A stretch of 61,338 nucleotides of DNA, the filler included, from Circinaria calcarea (lineage: Eukaryota), in NCBI GenBank assembly GCA_051942165.1. It is 6 parts of 6 records of this genome, joined end to end, with 100 filler letters (N's around TTAATTAATTAA, not from the genome) between each part and the next. Parts side by side here need not be neighbours in the genome. Positions count along the whole stretch, not along the records: positions 20,511 to 30,652 come from JAVECS010000841.1; positions 30,753 to 40,888 come from JAVECS010000842.1; 4 more parts are not named here. The stretch is one strand, 5' to 3'. Of this stretch, positions 25,890-37,481 are shown in pieces. The notes under the pieces are model-generated. The model saw only the letters and a list, made by a program, of their open reading frames with translations. It had not been told where the DNA came from and searched no databases. The position numbers and the translations under genes are program-made. Numbering within the stretch: the first letter of the stretch is position 1; each line of letters starts with the position of its first letter.

Positions 25890-26909
25890 ATGCCGCCTAA
25901 GCGTAGGGGTAGTACACGACGCGCAACCCCCAAGCGTCGCACGCGTGTACCCATTATACAGATACCTGGAAATTACCTGACGCTGGCCGCCGAGTCACTG
26001 CGATCTGGCCAAGCCCTTATAACCGTCGCGTTCCGCCGGGAGAATGATTTGTTACGGAACGTCCTCGGCCATCTAAATTTACCGGATGTTAGGAGTCTGG
26101 CGTTGACCGATCGCGGAACCTATAATGAAATAACCAGAGCTGACACTATACAAACTCTCCCTCACCAAGGATGTGAAGAGCAAACCCGAGGGAACCGTGC
26201 AAACCCCTTCCGTGGACCCTGTCCCTATGCCATTGATCCGCATTCTAACTATCGAATGGGAACATGTACTGGAAACCGTATTGCGCCAACGGAGAACTCG
26301 AGAATCCATAATACAGGATATGTATGTCGGCCAGATAAAGAGGCGACGCATATCCAAAATCATGCAGCCGAGAGTCTCATGGTCCGTGGAAACTGGATTG
26401 GTCTTTGTACCGATTGCGAACGGCGCGAAACAGGAGTATATCCTGAGGGTGCCAATACCTGCACCTGCGAAGGAGCCATGCAAAACGGATGGAAATGTTA
26501 TGAATGCCGTTACGCCGCTTGGGATCAGATCGAGAATGCTGCGGATGCACAGCGCACTACATTGACGTGTACCTATATCGACCACAATCAACATCTCTCT
26601 AGTCATTTGGTAGTGGCCGATGCCGGCGACCCCTATTGGCCTCGGAAAAGCCCTTTCCCATTACCGGACGATACGCCGGCATGCCGATGCGGTAAACACC
26701 ATGCGAATCATCACAGTGTACTCGTACGAATGTGTTTGGCCTGCCGGGGGTTAGTAGTAACGAAAACAGCCGAGGATACACCAACAGCTGGCATCTCTCG
26801 AAGGCGATCAGCGCGTATCGCAAGCAATCACGCCGACAAGTTTAGACGAGGCAAAGACTATAAGTTAGAGAAGCGGGGTACTCGTGGATATACACCTTTA
26901 GAAGAGTAA
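25890..26909 (+). CDS. Hypothetical Cys-rich protein with F-box-like motif and basic termini
   Basis: 339-aa ATG ORF; LLRNVLGHLNLPDVRSLALTDR resembles an F-box; CTDC, CTC, CYEC, CRCG, CLAC; pyrimidine-rich leader upstream. Confidence 0.65.
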   Translation: MPPKRRGSTRRATPKRRTRVPIIQIPGNYLTLAAESLRSGQALITVAFRRENDLLRNVLGHLNLPDVRSLALTDRGTYNEITRADTIQTLPHQGCEEQTRGNRANPFRGPCPYAIDPHSNYRMGTCTGNRIAPTENSRIHNTGYVCRPDKEATHIQNHAAESLMVRGNWIGLCTDCERRETGVYPEGANTCTCEGAMQNGWKCYECRYAAWDQIENAADAQRTTLTCTYIDHNQHLSSHLVVADAGDPYWPRKSPFPLPDDTPACRCGKHHANHHSVLVRMCLACRGLVVTKTAEDTPTAGISRRRSARIASNHADKFRRGKDYKLEKRGTRGYTPLEE

Positions 26910-27441
26910 GACAAGTGTTTGGGTTAGAATGGAGCCAGCCTGGATTTAAGGGTTGATAGGTGGAAGACATATGTTTCTTTTCCGCCTGACCAAACAGTCC
27001 TTTGCGGTAATATGGATGGGTTTCAATATATCTACACCATTGGAGCTTCAGCTGCTACTGTTTAGTTTAGTTTCCATTGTTAAGCATAATCAACTTCTGT
27101 CTCTACTCTGTTCTGTGGCAGTCTGTTTGTGCACACTTGGTAGTAATGCTTGAAGAAAGTGTCTTTCTTTCCAATATATCATATTTAGCTCTCATGCACG
27201 GCTTGATGGACCTGTGGAGAATCTCTATGCTGGGTTGCCGGCTGCTTCTGTTGAAGAGCCTTTGTAGGCAACTTAAGTTCAGAGCAGTACCTAATAGCCA
27301 TGGCAAATTGGGCAACGGAGTCTGGATCTCCCCTAAGGTTTGGAATTCCTAGGCTCAGTGCAGCGGCGACCCCAAACGCTATCGTCGACGTATCCTTTTT
27401 ACCGAGATACAGTAACCATATCCATGGCTTCTGAAAACGTC

Positions 27442-28060
27442 CTACGCCGTAACTTCCTTTACTTCCGCCTGTAGTGTCGTATTTTTGAACGGATCCGCCC
27501 TCTCCTCATCAAGCAACTGTATAACCCTCCCGTCCTCTGTTTCCAAACTCCACTCCTGCGTCTCGAACTAGAACGAGAACACCCAGTCAGCAAACAGCTC
27601 TCTTCCAAATCCAGACCCCATCTCATCTCCTCATAAAATCCCTAACCCCTTCACGGCCGACCATCTCCATTCCCCAGTCCCAGTATCCTTCTTCTCTCCT
27701 CCACCATTTCCCCAACCCAAAAAAAACTCACATAACTCATCCTCCCCTGCCTCGTACTCCGAAACCGCATCCACCCCTTCGCCCTCGTCCCCTTGACCCC
27801 AAACCTAATATCCACAACCCCATGCACGCGATCCATCCGGCCCCAAATCCACGGCACCCGGTCTCGAAAATACACCTCATCGCCGAGGACGTCGCGCGCG
27901 CGCGGGCTCGTGCGCAGCGCGTACAGCGTCGCCGTCACGATCGAGGACGAGGCTTTTTGGTAGTTGAAGAGCGCGAGGGTGGACACGGTGAGGATGACGA
28001 AGAAGACCGGGAGCGTGCGGAGCCAGTGCGAGGAGAAGGGGGAGGGGAGAGGGTGGAGAG
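27442..28060 (-). CDS. COA1: Cytochrome c oxidase assembly factor 1, 5' end not found (partial or pseudogene)
   Basis: WLRTLPVFFVILTVSTLALFNYQKASSSIVTATLYALRTSPRARDVLGDEVYF...VDIRFGVKGT, intron, FETQEWSLETEDGRVIQLL; no recognisable start or presequence exon upstream. Confidence 0.8.
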
Positions 28061-30652
28061 TGAGGGTGAGAATGGGTTTGGGTTGACGATGGAGGTGGAA
28101 AATGAAGCGGTGGTGGAATTCGTGTAATGTTTGTTTCCACATACAGTTTTTTCACGAGCTATCCTGCCTTCGTTATCCAGCTCCATAGTGTTAGTTTAAC
28201 ATGTAAAGACTTTGAGATAAGTACACGTTGGTACTGCGGCTAAAGTCAGGGGATAGGAATTTGGATAGGCTTGACGAAAGACAACAAAGCAACAAAGCAA
28301 AGATCCCCATCTTGGATCCCAATAGTAAATTATGTCCTCTCGAGTTAACCTTGTGAGAGATACTACAGACAACAATCATCGCCTCCGGGCAATATATTAT
28401 TCGTAGAAAGGTGGGATAAAATATAGGGAGTGGGTGGGTCTGTCGATTTTGCGGTCATGAAAAGTTTAGGTGTTTAGAGGCGGGAGACCTGTGGTTAGAA
28501 GAGGGAAATGCCAAGGGTAAAGAAAGGTGGGTAGAAGTAAGTGCAAGTAATCGTTTGAGCTCTGGAAACTTTAGTTGGGAAAGAGAGAGATGTGGAACAT
28601 AGCAAGGAAATAAATATCGGAAGGCTTCAATTGTACTTGTTTGTTTCTTCTTTGCATTTTCGAACGAGATGGAAGAGGGAAGAAATGGGATAACCCTTGA
28701 AGTAAGATGGCAAGAACTGATGCTCCGCGGGGACAAATTACGAGCTTGAGATAAGTTTTGAATAGGAAGCATGACTCGTGATTATGTCTTTCTTGAAAGC
28801 TACTTGTTGGAATGCGCGCTATGGACCTGGTGATGCCCCCCTCTCGAACCAGGATCCGTGTGAGGGCATACTCGCCATGGATTAAGATAAAGGGAATAGA
28901 GTCCCCAATCCTTATACGGGCATCATTCCTCATCTCTTTGGTTGAGGTGGGGAGTCTTCCCCATCGGGAATCGTACCAAGGTTGATGAAGATACTAGTGA
29001 AAATTGTGAATGCGAGCTTTCCAGAGCCAAACCTAGTGCTTGCTGTCAGACTTCGGAAAGGTATAATACATAAATTTTGCTTTCAAATGAGGTTATGATG
29101 GTAGTGAAACTCATATATAAGGGAAAGAAACTATGCTGGCTCAAAACTGTCCTAAATGGCGGGAAGGGGAAAGCGAATGCCGGCAGAGCAAATGGTGCCG
29201 GATACATGATCCACCGTGGAAAAACACCCGCCCCTGGAAACTCCTTCCATGAACCCTATTGGTATTAAAGTAAGCTGTCAGCAGCGCCCAGCACGAGGTG
29301 CAGTATATATGTTGATTTAACATAGCTAAAGGCCCGGAATAATCCTGAGGAACTGATTACATATGCGGTGTTGTCGGAAGCATATGTCCTGGACGAAGGT
29401 GTGCGGTTTGTTCGGGTAAATGCAGTTATGCCCGCTGACCTGTTAAGAGAAATGTTAATCGTACCGGCTCCATGCCGTGATTGCTACAGAGCCCCGAGTT
29501 GAAAGGGCGCCACAGACGGATGGGGATCACATGTTGCTAGTCTGGGTAAACTAAGAGTGTTATGTAAAACTCTTGAATCTTAACTTCTTATCATCTGTTT
29601 ATCGATCCTATATTCTGCTTTAGCCCCAGCAAAGCCCCAACTACGCCACTGGGAATTCACATCTATGCTTTGTATATCTCTTCTTGCGCCTATTCCTGCG
29701 CCTATTCCGAGAGAGAGTTAAGCCTTTTATCTTTCCAGTGCAAAAACATACTAGCTCATTATGCGGAGACCTTGACGAAGTGGTACTGAGTAAGTACATC
29801 CCCGTAGCGCGGAAGATCTCATTTATCTGGAGACGCCCCAGTCATGGGCTATTAGACCAAACCCATCATGCAAGATCGAATTGGGCGTCGTGATTCATCA
29901 GAAGTCCTACAATTAGGGGGGTCACGGGGTTTAGCTATATTCCGTAAGAGGTTTTGTTACATACGGGAGCCCGGCACCCGATACCTTAAGCCCTAATAGC
30001 GGACGGAAAGGCCAACAGCTGGCAGGCCTACCATGCTCACGCGGAATCTGCCCCTCCATATTGGCCCGAAAAGGTCCACGAACATAATATAGCTCCGTTG
30101 TAAAATTAAAAATGGAGCCATATGGTAAATCTTTGCGTCCCTTGTAGGCAGTAAGATTCAACGATTGCTGATAACATCTAATTCCACCCCTCTATCTAGA
30201 AGTAACTCGTCTAGAATAGACAATAATATCCAAAGGCAAGCCGCTGCATTCAAGGTCGGTAAACAAAACTCATTGCCCGAAATAATAGTCCCCTACCTGC
30301 GAAAACCCTTTATGGTACTCAGGAATCAATTGCTCGTTCGAACGTAATAAGACCATGAACGTATAGGAAGTCCTTATCAAAGAACTTGATGTAGAGGTAA
30401 ACGGGAACCGGGAGCGCTCCTCATGCACTGATTGTTTTTTAATCGTCAATGATTTTTTGCTCACCGCTTTCGAATGCAGGTGGGGGCCGTTGGCAAAAAC
30501 TTGTTAGTTATCGTAGGACAGTTATGTAGGTGCGGAGTACTTGAAAAAGTCCAATAGTATAGCGAGAACATGGCGACTTCAAGGGGGAAGGAACGCATTG
30601 TATACCCCCTCCCCCATCCCCCACAAATAGACTAATCCAAATCCAACAACCT

Positions 30653-30752
30653 NNNNNNNNNNNNNNNNNNNNNNNNNNNNNNNNNNNNNNNNNNNNTTAA
30701 TTAATTAANNNNNNNNNNNNNNNNNNNNNNNNNNNNNNNNNNNNNNNNNNNN
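30653..30752. other. Artificial contig spacer
   Basis: Same 100-bp unit. Confidence 0.98.
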
Positions 30753-30769
30753 CCGTCCTGCCCCCTCAT

Positions 30770-30904
30770 GTTTTCTTGCGAAGCGTTATATCAGAACTCT
30801 TTAGCAATAACTCATACGCTATGCGAACCAATTGAGCACATTATCACACAGTTTACCGACCCTTAATCGTAAGATCATTACACTATTCGTAAAGGATCCT
30901 TACA
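30770..30904 (+). repeat. Dispersed repeat, copy A (~135 bp)
   Basis: Aligns by eye with 50701-50836 (GCGAAGCGTTA...CTTTAGCAATAA...ATGCGAACC...CATTATCACACAGTTTACCGACCC...CGTAAGATC...AGGATCCT). Confidence 0.85.
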
Positions 30905-31169
30905 ATGTTCTGTGCAAAACAAAAAATTACCATCCCTTCCCTTCCCTTCCCCAAAGACCCGGGGGGGGGAAAAACAGATTCCCTGCACACGGTAGAAAAA
31001 CACAAATGTTTGAAAAATAAAGAAACCAGATCTGCTATTCGTTCGGGCGGGCCTCCAAGGCTTTTCTTTCTCCTTTCTCCTTTTCTCGGTACTTACCCAA
31101 TATATATACAATCCACACCCGCTTGCGCGGGATCATTTGTAAACTGTAAATTTTAATCTCCACAAGCAC

Positions 31170-31347
31170 AGGATGTGAGGATGTGAGGATGTGAGGATTT
31201 GAGTATAACATCAGGGGTTGCGGTTAAAGGTGGAAGGTTCCCCAAAAAAAAAAAACTTTAAAAAAAAAAAATAAAAACAGAACAGAACAGAATAGAATAG
31301 AGGTGAATAGAGGTGAAGGACGCTCTTCTTCTTCTTCTTCTTCTTCT

Positions 31348-31385
<38 letters not shown>

Positions 31386-31391
31386 CTCCTC
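31170..31391. repeat. Microsatellite cluster: (AGGATGTG)3, poly-A, (AACAG/AATAG)n, (CTT)n
   Basis: Directly visible; long CTT run at ~31325-31382. Confidence 0.9.
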
Positions 31392-31989
31392 AAGATACCA
31401 ATCCAGGGGGTTAAATAAATGGGCCCAGGCCCAAGCCCCAGGGGCCGCGAGGATCTAAGGGTTCCGGGGGTTCTAGGTTACGAAAAGCTTCTCTAAAAAG
31501 CTGTTTTATAAGGCTAGGGATTACCAAGAATAGCAAACCCGATAATGCCCAGTTAGGGTTAGGTGCGTGTCCCCCCCCTTTTTTTGTAAGATTATTTTTT
31601 AAATTGGCCCAGGCGCTGGTGGGGAATGAATGAATGGAAAGTTTCTGTTGTGAATAAGTGACGGGGATACCATACTAGGTTAGTTTCTTGATAACGACCG
31701 GATTCCCCATTTCTAGGTTTGCGATTGATTTGAGTTACATTTGGATAAAACTACGCAACTCGGGCAGCTGGAACCTCCCTCCCTGGTTATTGTCTTACAT
31801 GCGGCGAATCTGCTATCTCAGCCGGCGGCTACCGACTTCCGTTTGGGATACCAGAACCGAAAGCGCTTTGCGCGCACAAGTACAATGTCCGAAGGGGTTA
31901 CCAGTAGTTATCGTTGAGATGAAATTCGAAATTTTAATAGGCGTTGCTTTTAGTAGCTTAGTGATTACCCCTCGGGTTTTTCCTGGGCT

Positions 31990-33555
31990 ACAAAAAACGC
32001 AGTACCCCCTACCGTTCCAAAAAAATCTTTCTACAAGCTTATCCCCCTACCTGCTCCTGCCTACCTCCCTTAACTCCCCCAACACCTCCTCGTCACGCAT
32101 CCAAGTCCCAACCTCAAAATATAGCCTCCGAAACTTCTGATCATCAACTCTTTCGTTCCCAGAATGAGCCATTTGATCCGGAGCATAGTAGCATGTCTCG
32201 AATTAGAACGGGCCGTCGGATCCTTCTACAGGTCCAGTCGTTAGGGCGAATGTGAGAAGGGAGGGCATCAGTTTGAGGCCTTTTGCGATGGCCAGGATGA
32301 AATGGTTGAGGTAGGAGGGATTGGGGACGGTGCGGAATACTTTGAAGGGAGTGACGCCGGAAAGCCGGGCGTCTTCTTCGGCGTCAAACTCGTCAAAGGA
32401 ATCCACGTCGGAGACGGAAGAATCCTCAAAGTCGTCATCTTCGGCGAGTACAGTGAGAACATCTTCCGGGTTCGAGCCGGATGGATCCGTGAAATACCAG
32501 TGGCCGGACGGTGCGGTGAGGTCGAAGTTTACGGTTAGGGATTGCAGGTGTGGCCAGCTGGGGACGGGCGTGTTGGGAGATTGACGGGAGGGTGGTCAGA
32601 AGAAAGAAGAGCCGAAGACGCCGGTTAAGGTTAGAGATGTGAGGTTCTGGCATTGGGAGAAAGTCCGGAGGAGAGCTGTGCTGAGAGGGTCGTAGGTGTG
32701 ATTGCCTAGCAGATTTGCAGGTTTCACTCTCTGGTTAGACGGGGCTTCGTAGTAGAAGGTTATTTCTGCAGTCTTGAGGGACGAGAAGGTGCAGGTTGGA
32801 AGAGCGGAGGCGAAGCTGTGGTGATTATCGAGACGGAGTTTTGGATTGCGCTTCTCGTTATCGTAGAGATTCCAGCCGAAAGATTCGAAGTCAAGGAGTT
32901 TCGCTGTTACATCGACAACAGCCCGCATGTCCAAGCTACGCTCGTAATTCGAATAACCGAAGCCGGCAGTTGAAACACGATATAGGGACGATAGGCTCTC
33001 AGGCCGTAGAAGATGTATGAGCGTGTGATTTTAGCGATGCTCGAAGAGATTATGGCGCCTCCGCTTCGAAACGCTGTTGTTGAATGGTCTCGAAATCATG
33101 CTGACTTATGTCAGATGATGAGTATATTTTTCCAAGCATAAGACGAATGCTGCCTTCCACCGAAGAATCTTCCCAAAACTTCAGCACAGCGACAAGCTTT
33201 TCAATCGGTTGCATGAAGGCTTCATCATTCACCTTCCTATTGGCCGCTCGTTCAACCTACCGTAGGCCTTTTCGTCGTAAGTCGGCAGTACGATATCCAA
33301 AGTAAGCCTCGTCAGTAAGCGTGGACGATCTTCTCTGAATATTATATCAAAGGCTTCGAGTTCGGTGCATTTCAGGGTGATCTCCTGGAAAAAAGTGCGC
33401 TCGATTGCTTGCTTCCATGACAGCGAGATGGTGGCATATTGAGGGAGATTGGACGGCAACGCTTTACTCTGCCACAAGGGGACGCCAGGTTGATTGGGAT
33501 AACGTTTGATGAAGCTAGCGATGAGGTTTATAATTTCTTGCGGAAGCTGGTCCAT
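31990..33555 (-). pseudogene. F-box-like domain protein pseudogene
   Basis: MDQLPQEIINLIASF...YATISLSWKQAIERTFFQEITL; DPLSTALLRTFSQ, FDLTAPSGHWYF, FRTVPNP, RRLYFEVGTW; frameshift near 33260 and stops at 33050, 32596 and 32203; 3' end approximate. Confidence 0.75.
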
Positions 33556-33862
33556 TGTTTACTCAGGTGTAAATTGTAAAGTCGGATACATGAAGGGAGG
33601 AGAAAGGAGGTGCATCACAGGAAGGGGTCTGCGTCTTCAATGGTCTGCACGGTATAAACCGGAATGTATGTATAAGTAAGTACTATGTAATATGACGAAA
33701 TACTACATGACTTCTGTATGGAGGCAGGATGTATGCTGTGTGTAATGTGTATAAAAGATATATAGGAGAGTGCTTGGGGGGTCGCTGGGGTCGCTTCTTT
33801 TTGGCCATTTCGGCAAAGCCGGTTTTCAGGGCAAACAGGCTTATTCCCGTCGCTGGCCTCTT

Positions 33863-35778
33863 ATGGCTTCGAAATTCGTTTACCAGCCATTAAACGGAGA
33901 GGATCACGATATGCGTCTCATGTACACTATGGATAATGCCTCGGCCTCGCAGCTTCATTGCACCATTGTTAACGCTTCGCTTGATAAACCACCGTATTCA
34001 GCGCTCTCCTATACCTGGCAGCGACCCGTTCCGAACCGACGTGAAGATGCGGTCTCAACATCTACTGTATATCTTGACGAGAAGCCTTTGGAGATCGGAA
34101 CTAAGCTGGAAGGTGCGCTACGCTACCTACGTACTTACCAGCTTGGTCTCTTGTGGATCGACGCCATCTGCATCGAACAAAGCAATTTAGATGAGCGAGG
34201 TGAACAGGTGGCACGAATGCGTAAAATTTATTTGAAAGCTCAGATGGTCTTGGGGTGGCTGGGTGCTGCGGCCGACACCGGTGGTATGGCAATGGACTTG
34301 CTTGTACTATTAGCGCAGCGAGCAGAGAACCACGGCACCGTGGCCTGGCTTGAAAGTCATGCCTTGGATCCAATGAATTTCGAGGCTTGGAAAGCACTGC
34401 AGGACCTTCTGTCAAGGAATTGGTGGAAAAGATCCTGGGCTATACAAGAATTTGCTCTCGGCCATGAAGTACATTTGGTGTGCGGCGAACGGCGCCTAAC
34501 CTGCAGCCAACTGGAACGAGCAAATCGAGTACTCTTCGACGGCTGGTCAAAGATTTTTGATAAAGGAACGATGCTGAAGATTCACTTGAATGCTCGAGCA
34601 CAAGACATGATGAGAAATTTGCTTACACTCCGCCGGTATTTGCAATCTGGAAAAACTGTCTCGCTTCTTATGTGTCTCAGCGACTCGCGACTCGTTGGCG
34701 TCGGACTCTCGAGATCAGTTGTTCGCCAAACTTGGTATGGTTGGGCCTGAGACGGCTGTAATTTGCAAACCCGATTATCACAGGTCAATTTATGATGTCT
34801 GCACGATGTTTGTTGAGTCATATAAAAAATAGGAAAGACTTGTATGTTATTTGCCTCGCCGGTATGGCTCCTAGGCGCATTGCTTCATTCCCGTCATGGC
34901 TTCCAGACTGGCGTTCAGCGAGACCCGCTTATCCTTTTCGCTGTTCCTCGACGGACAATACGCTGACTTGGCCTCGCTATGATGCAGCTAGAGGAACAGA
35001 GGTAGTGATGGAGTTTCTACATAACAGTTCCATCCTGAAATGTCATGGTATATCATTCGAAGAGATCGACGGCGTTGTGTTTGATCCATGGGTACATCAG
35101 GAGCAAGATCGCATAAGCTTGTAGTCATTATCCGACAAGTGCGCCTATCTCACCGAACAAGAATCATTTTAGGCTTTATGTCGGACGGTTACCGCTGATA
35201 CTGACCGATGGATCGAGCCTTCCAAAGCACCAGATGATTTTGAGCTCCTGTTCGCGAGGACATGTCGAGAGTGTGACGACTTGCTATAAGACATCTAGAT
35301 ACGTCCCGGTGATATCGCGCCAGCTACTCGACCCGATGCGTCAAATTTCGAGAAGCGTTGGCAAGATATAAGGGATCTGAGACTAGGTGTAATCCCCCTG
35401 CGAGACCTTGTGAAAAGGAGCCTAACACGACTTGAGGCTTGCACACCATCATCCTCGGTCCCTGCCCAAGAGTCATCAAGATTTGGAGTATCATATCACG
35501 GCCCTGTAGCCGGCGTTTCAGCATAGCATGGGCCAAGTAATGTACGACCAACGTGTTTCTACAACAAGAAACCGCTACCTAGGTGTGGGCTCTCGAACTC
35601 AGACCCGCAATGATAAGATCTATGTGCTCTTCGGATGCAGTGTTCCCTCATATTACGGCCTCATAAGCGGCAATACGAGCTGATTGGTGAATGCTATGTT
35701 CATGGCATAATGAACGGGGAGGTTATAAACGCCTTGAATTCGGGAAAAGCTCAGTCGTTAAGTGCTGAGCTTTGCTAA
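33863..35778 (+). pseudogene. HET-domain (het-6-like) heterokaryon incompatibility protein pseudogene
   Basis: YSALSYTW, LWIDAICIEQSNLDERGEQVARMRKIY, WWKRSWAIQE, PSWLPDW, YELIGECYVHGIMNGE; frameshifts near 34690 and 34826 and several in-frame stops. Confidence 0.88.
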
Positions 35779-36695
35779 TATATAATGATGGACGTGTCTC
35801 AGCACATTGCTGTCCGCGCAGACTCCCATATAAGGGGTATATATTGTGGCTCAAGAGGAGTATACGTTCTTATCAGAATTAGAGCAGCTAAGGGAAGCAC
35901 GGGAACTTTAGACGCGAAAATTGTTAAGCAGTGGAGGGCTGACTAAACCGATGTGCCACGGAACGGTATTACGCACGCCCCAATTGGAGGCAAAAAGAAC
36001 TGGGAAAGAACTTGGTCCTCGGCGTTCAATATTTCAAAGCGATTATTAATTTCATAGGCTATTGTTGACTAGAGAGCCAAGCATACTATACGCCGAACTC
36101 TATGCCGAACTCCTATATGCAGAAGTTCTTGCATTGCCCGTATCATTTAGTAGTAGCGTTGGGCTGCAAGAGTTGTCCACTCATTTCGCAACTTTGCCAA
36201 TGATATATGGTAAGTTTTACACCACACATCACATATACATATACACCGTTGTGTTACCAATTTGATTCCTACCCCTTAATGCATCGCTTAAGTTACGCCC
36301 CACGCCATCTACTCAAATATTTTATAAAATTATATTATCCGGTAAGCCTATTGGCTCTGGTAGAAACCCGAACCGTTGCGTTTCCTTGGGATATTAAGGT
36401 TTGGAGGGGGTTATGGTACCATAGGCACGCCCCAGAAGCCGGGGGTGGGCACGGGTTCGAGTCTTCACCTTGTTGTATCTTTTTACATCGCAGCATCGTA
36501 CCCGCTATACTCGATAGCGTTCTTGCCACGGTATTACATATAATATTTGTACCAGCCAAACTCTCATGATCTTTACACTCTTGAATTTTAAAGGGAGTCC
36601 CGCAGCCGTTACTCCTGGTTACTGGAATCTCATTCTCATTTCTAATATAACTTGGAACCAAGGCTAAGTCAACTCGGCCCTCGACACCTATCCAT

Positions 36696-37481
36696 TCACT
36701 TCGGATTCCTCTCGTCTTCCGCCGCCTCCACCACCGCCTGCACCATCTCCTCCTGTCTCGTGATAAAAACACTATGGCTCGTCTCGGTATCCTTGGTCCT
36801 TAGCACCACCCCTTCCTTCCTCACCTTCCCAACCATAATATCCTGATACACCCTCGGCACCGAGTAATCCTGCTGCGTAAATACATACGTGACCGGCACG
36901 CGCCTCTACGCGCTGCCGGCCGTCTCCGTCGTAAACGCCGACATGGGCGAGCGGACCAGATGGGCCAGCGCCTCGTCCACCACCTCCGGATCCACGCCGC
37001 CAAAGAACAGCTGCACGGGGTCCTTGGGGAAGGTGGAGCCGTCGGCAGCGTTGTCCACGAACTGAGGCCAGAGGTGGTCCATGCCGGCTTCTTTCACGAT
37101 ACCGAAGATGGTGCTGCCGGGCGGCAGGATGTACGCGCACAGGTACAGCAGGTGGATCACTCCCCCCGGGGACTGACCGGAGGCCTTGCGGTCGGAGAAA
37201 GTTAGACCCTCGACAGCATCTGTGCCCACCGCCCCGCCGTAGGAGTGCAGCAGCATGACCACGCGCTCGCCTGCTTCGACGAGGGGTTTGACGACGTCAC
37301 GCACGCAGGCAACGTCTTCTGGGAAAGAGGCATTGGGGGGAGATGCGCCGTTGCAGCTGGGGAGGCGCGGGCAGTGGACGGTGAACCCCCGCGCTTTCAG
37401 GGCGTTGATATAGGTTTCGTAATTGGCCGGTGTGTGCCAGGCGCCGTGGACCAAGACCACGGTAGGTAAAGAGGTGGCCAT
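36696..37481 (-). pseudogene. Alpha/beta hydrolase (Abhydrolase_6, methylesterase-like) with a single in-frame TAG
   Basis: VVLVHGAWH, LHSYGG, LLYLCA; TAG at 36906-36908, then the same frame continues RRVPVTYVFTQQDYSVP...TSHSVF to a natural stop at 36696. Confidence 0.85.

Noticed and set aside
31552..31563. Telomere-like GTTAGGGTTAGG
   Set aside because: Fewer than two full repeats, internal, in low-complexity DNA
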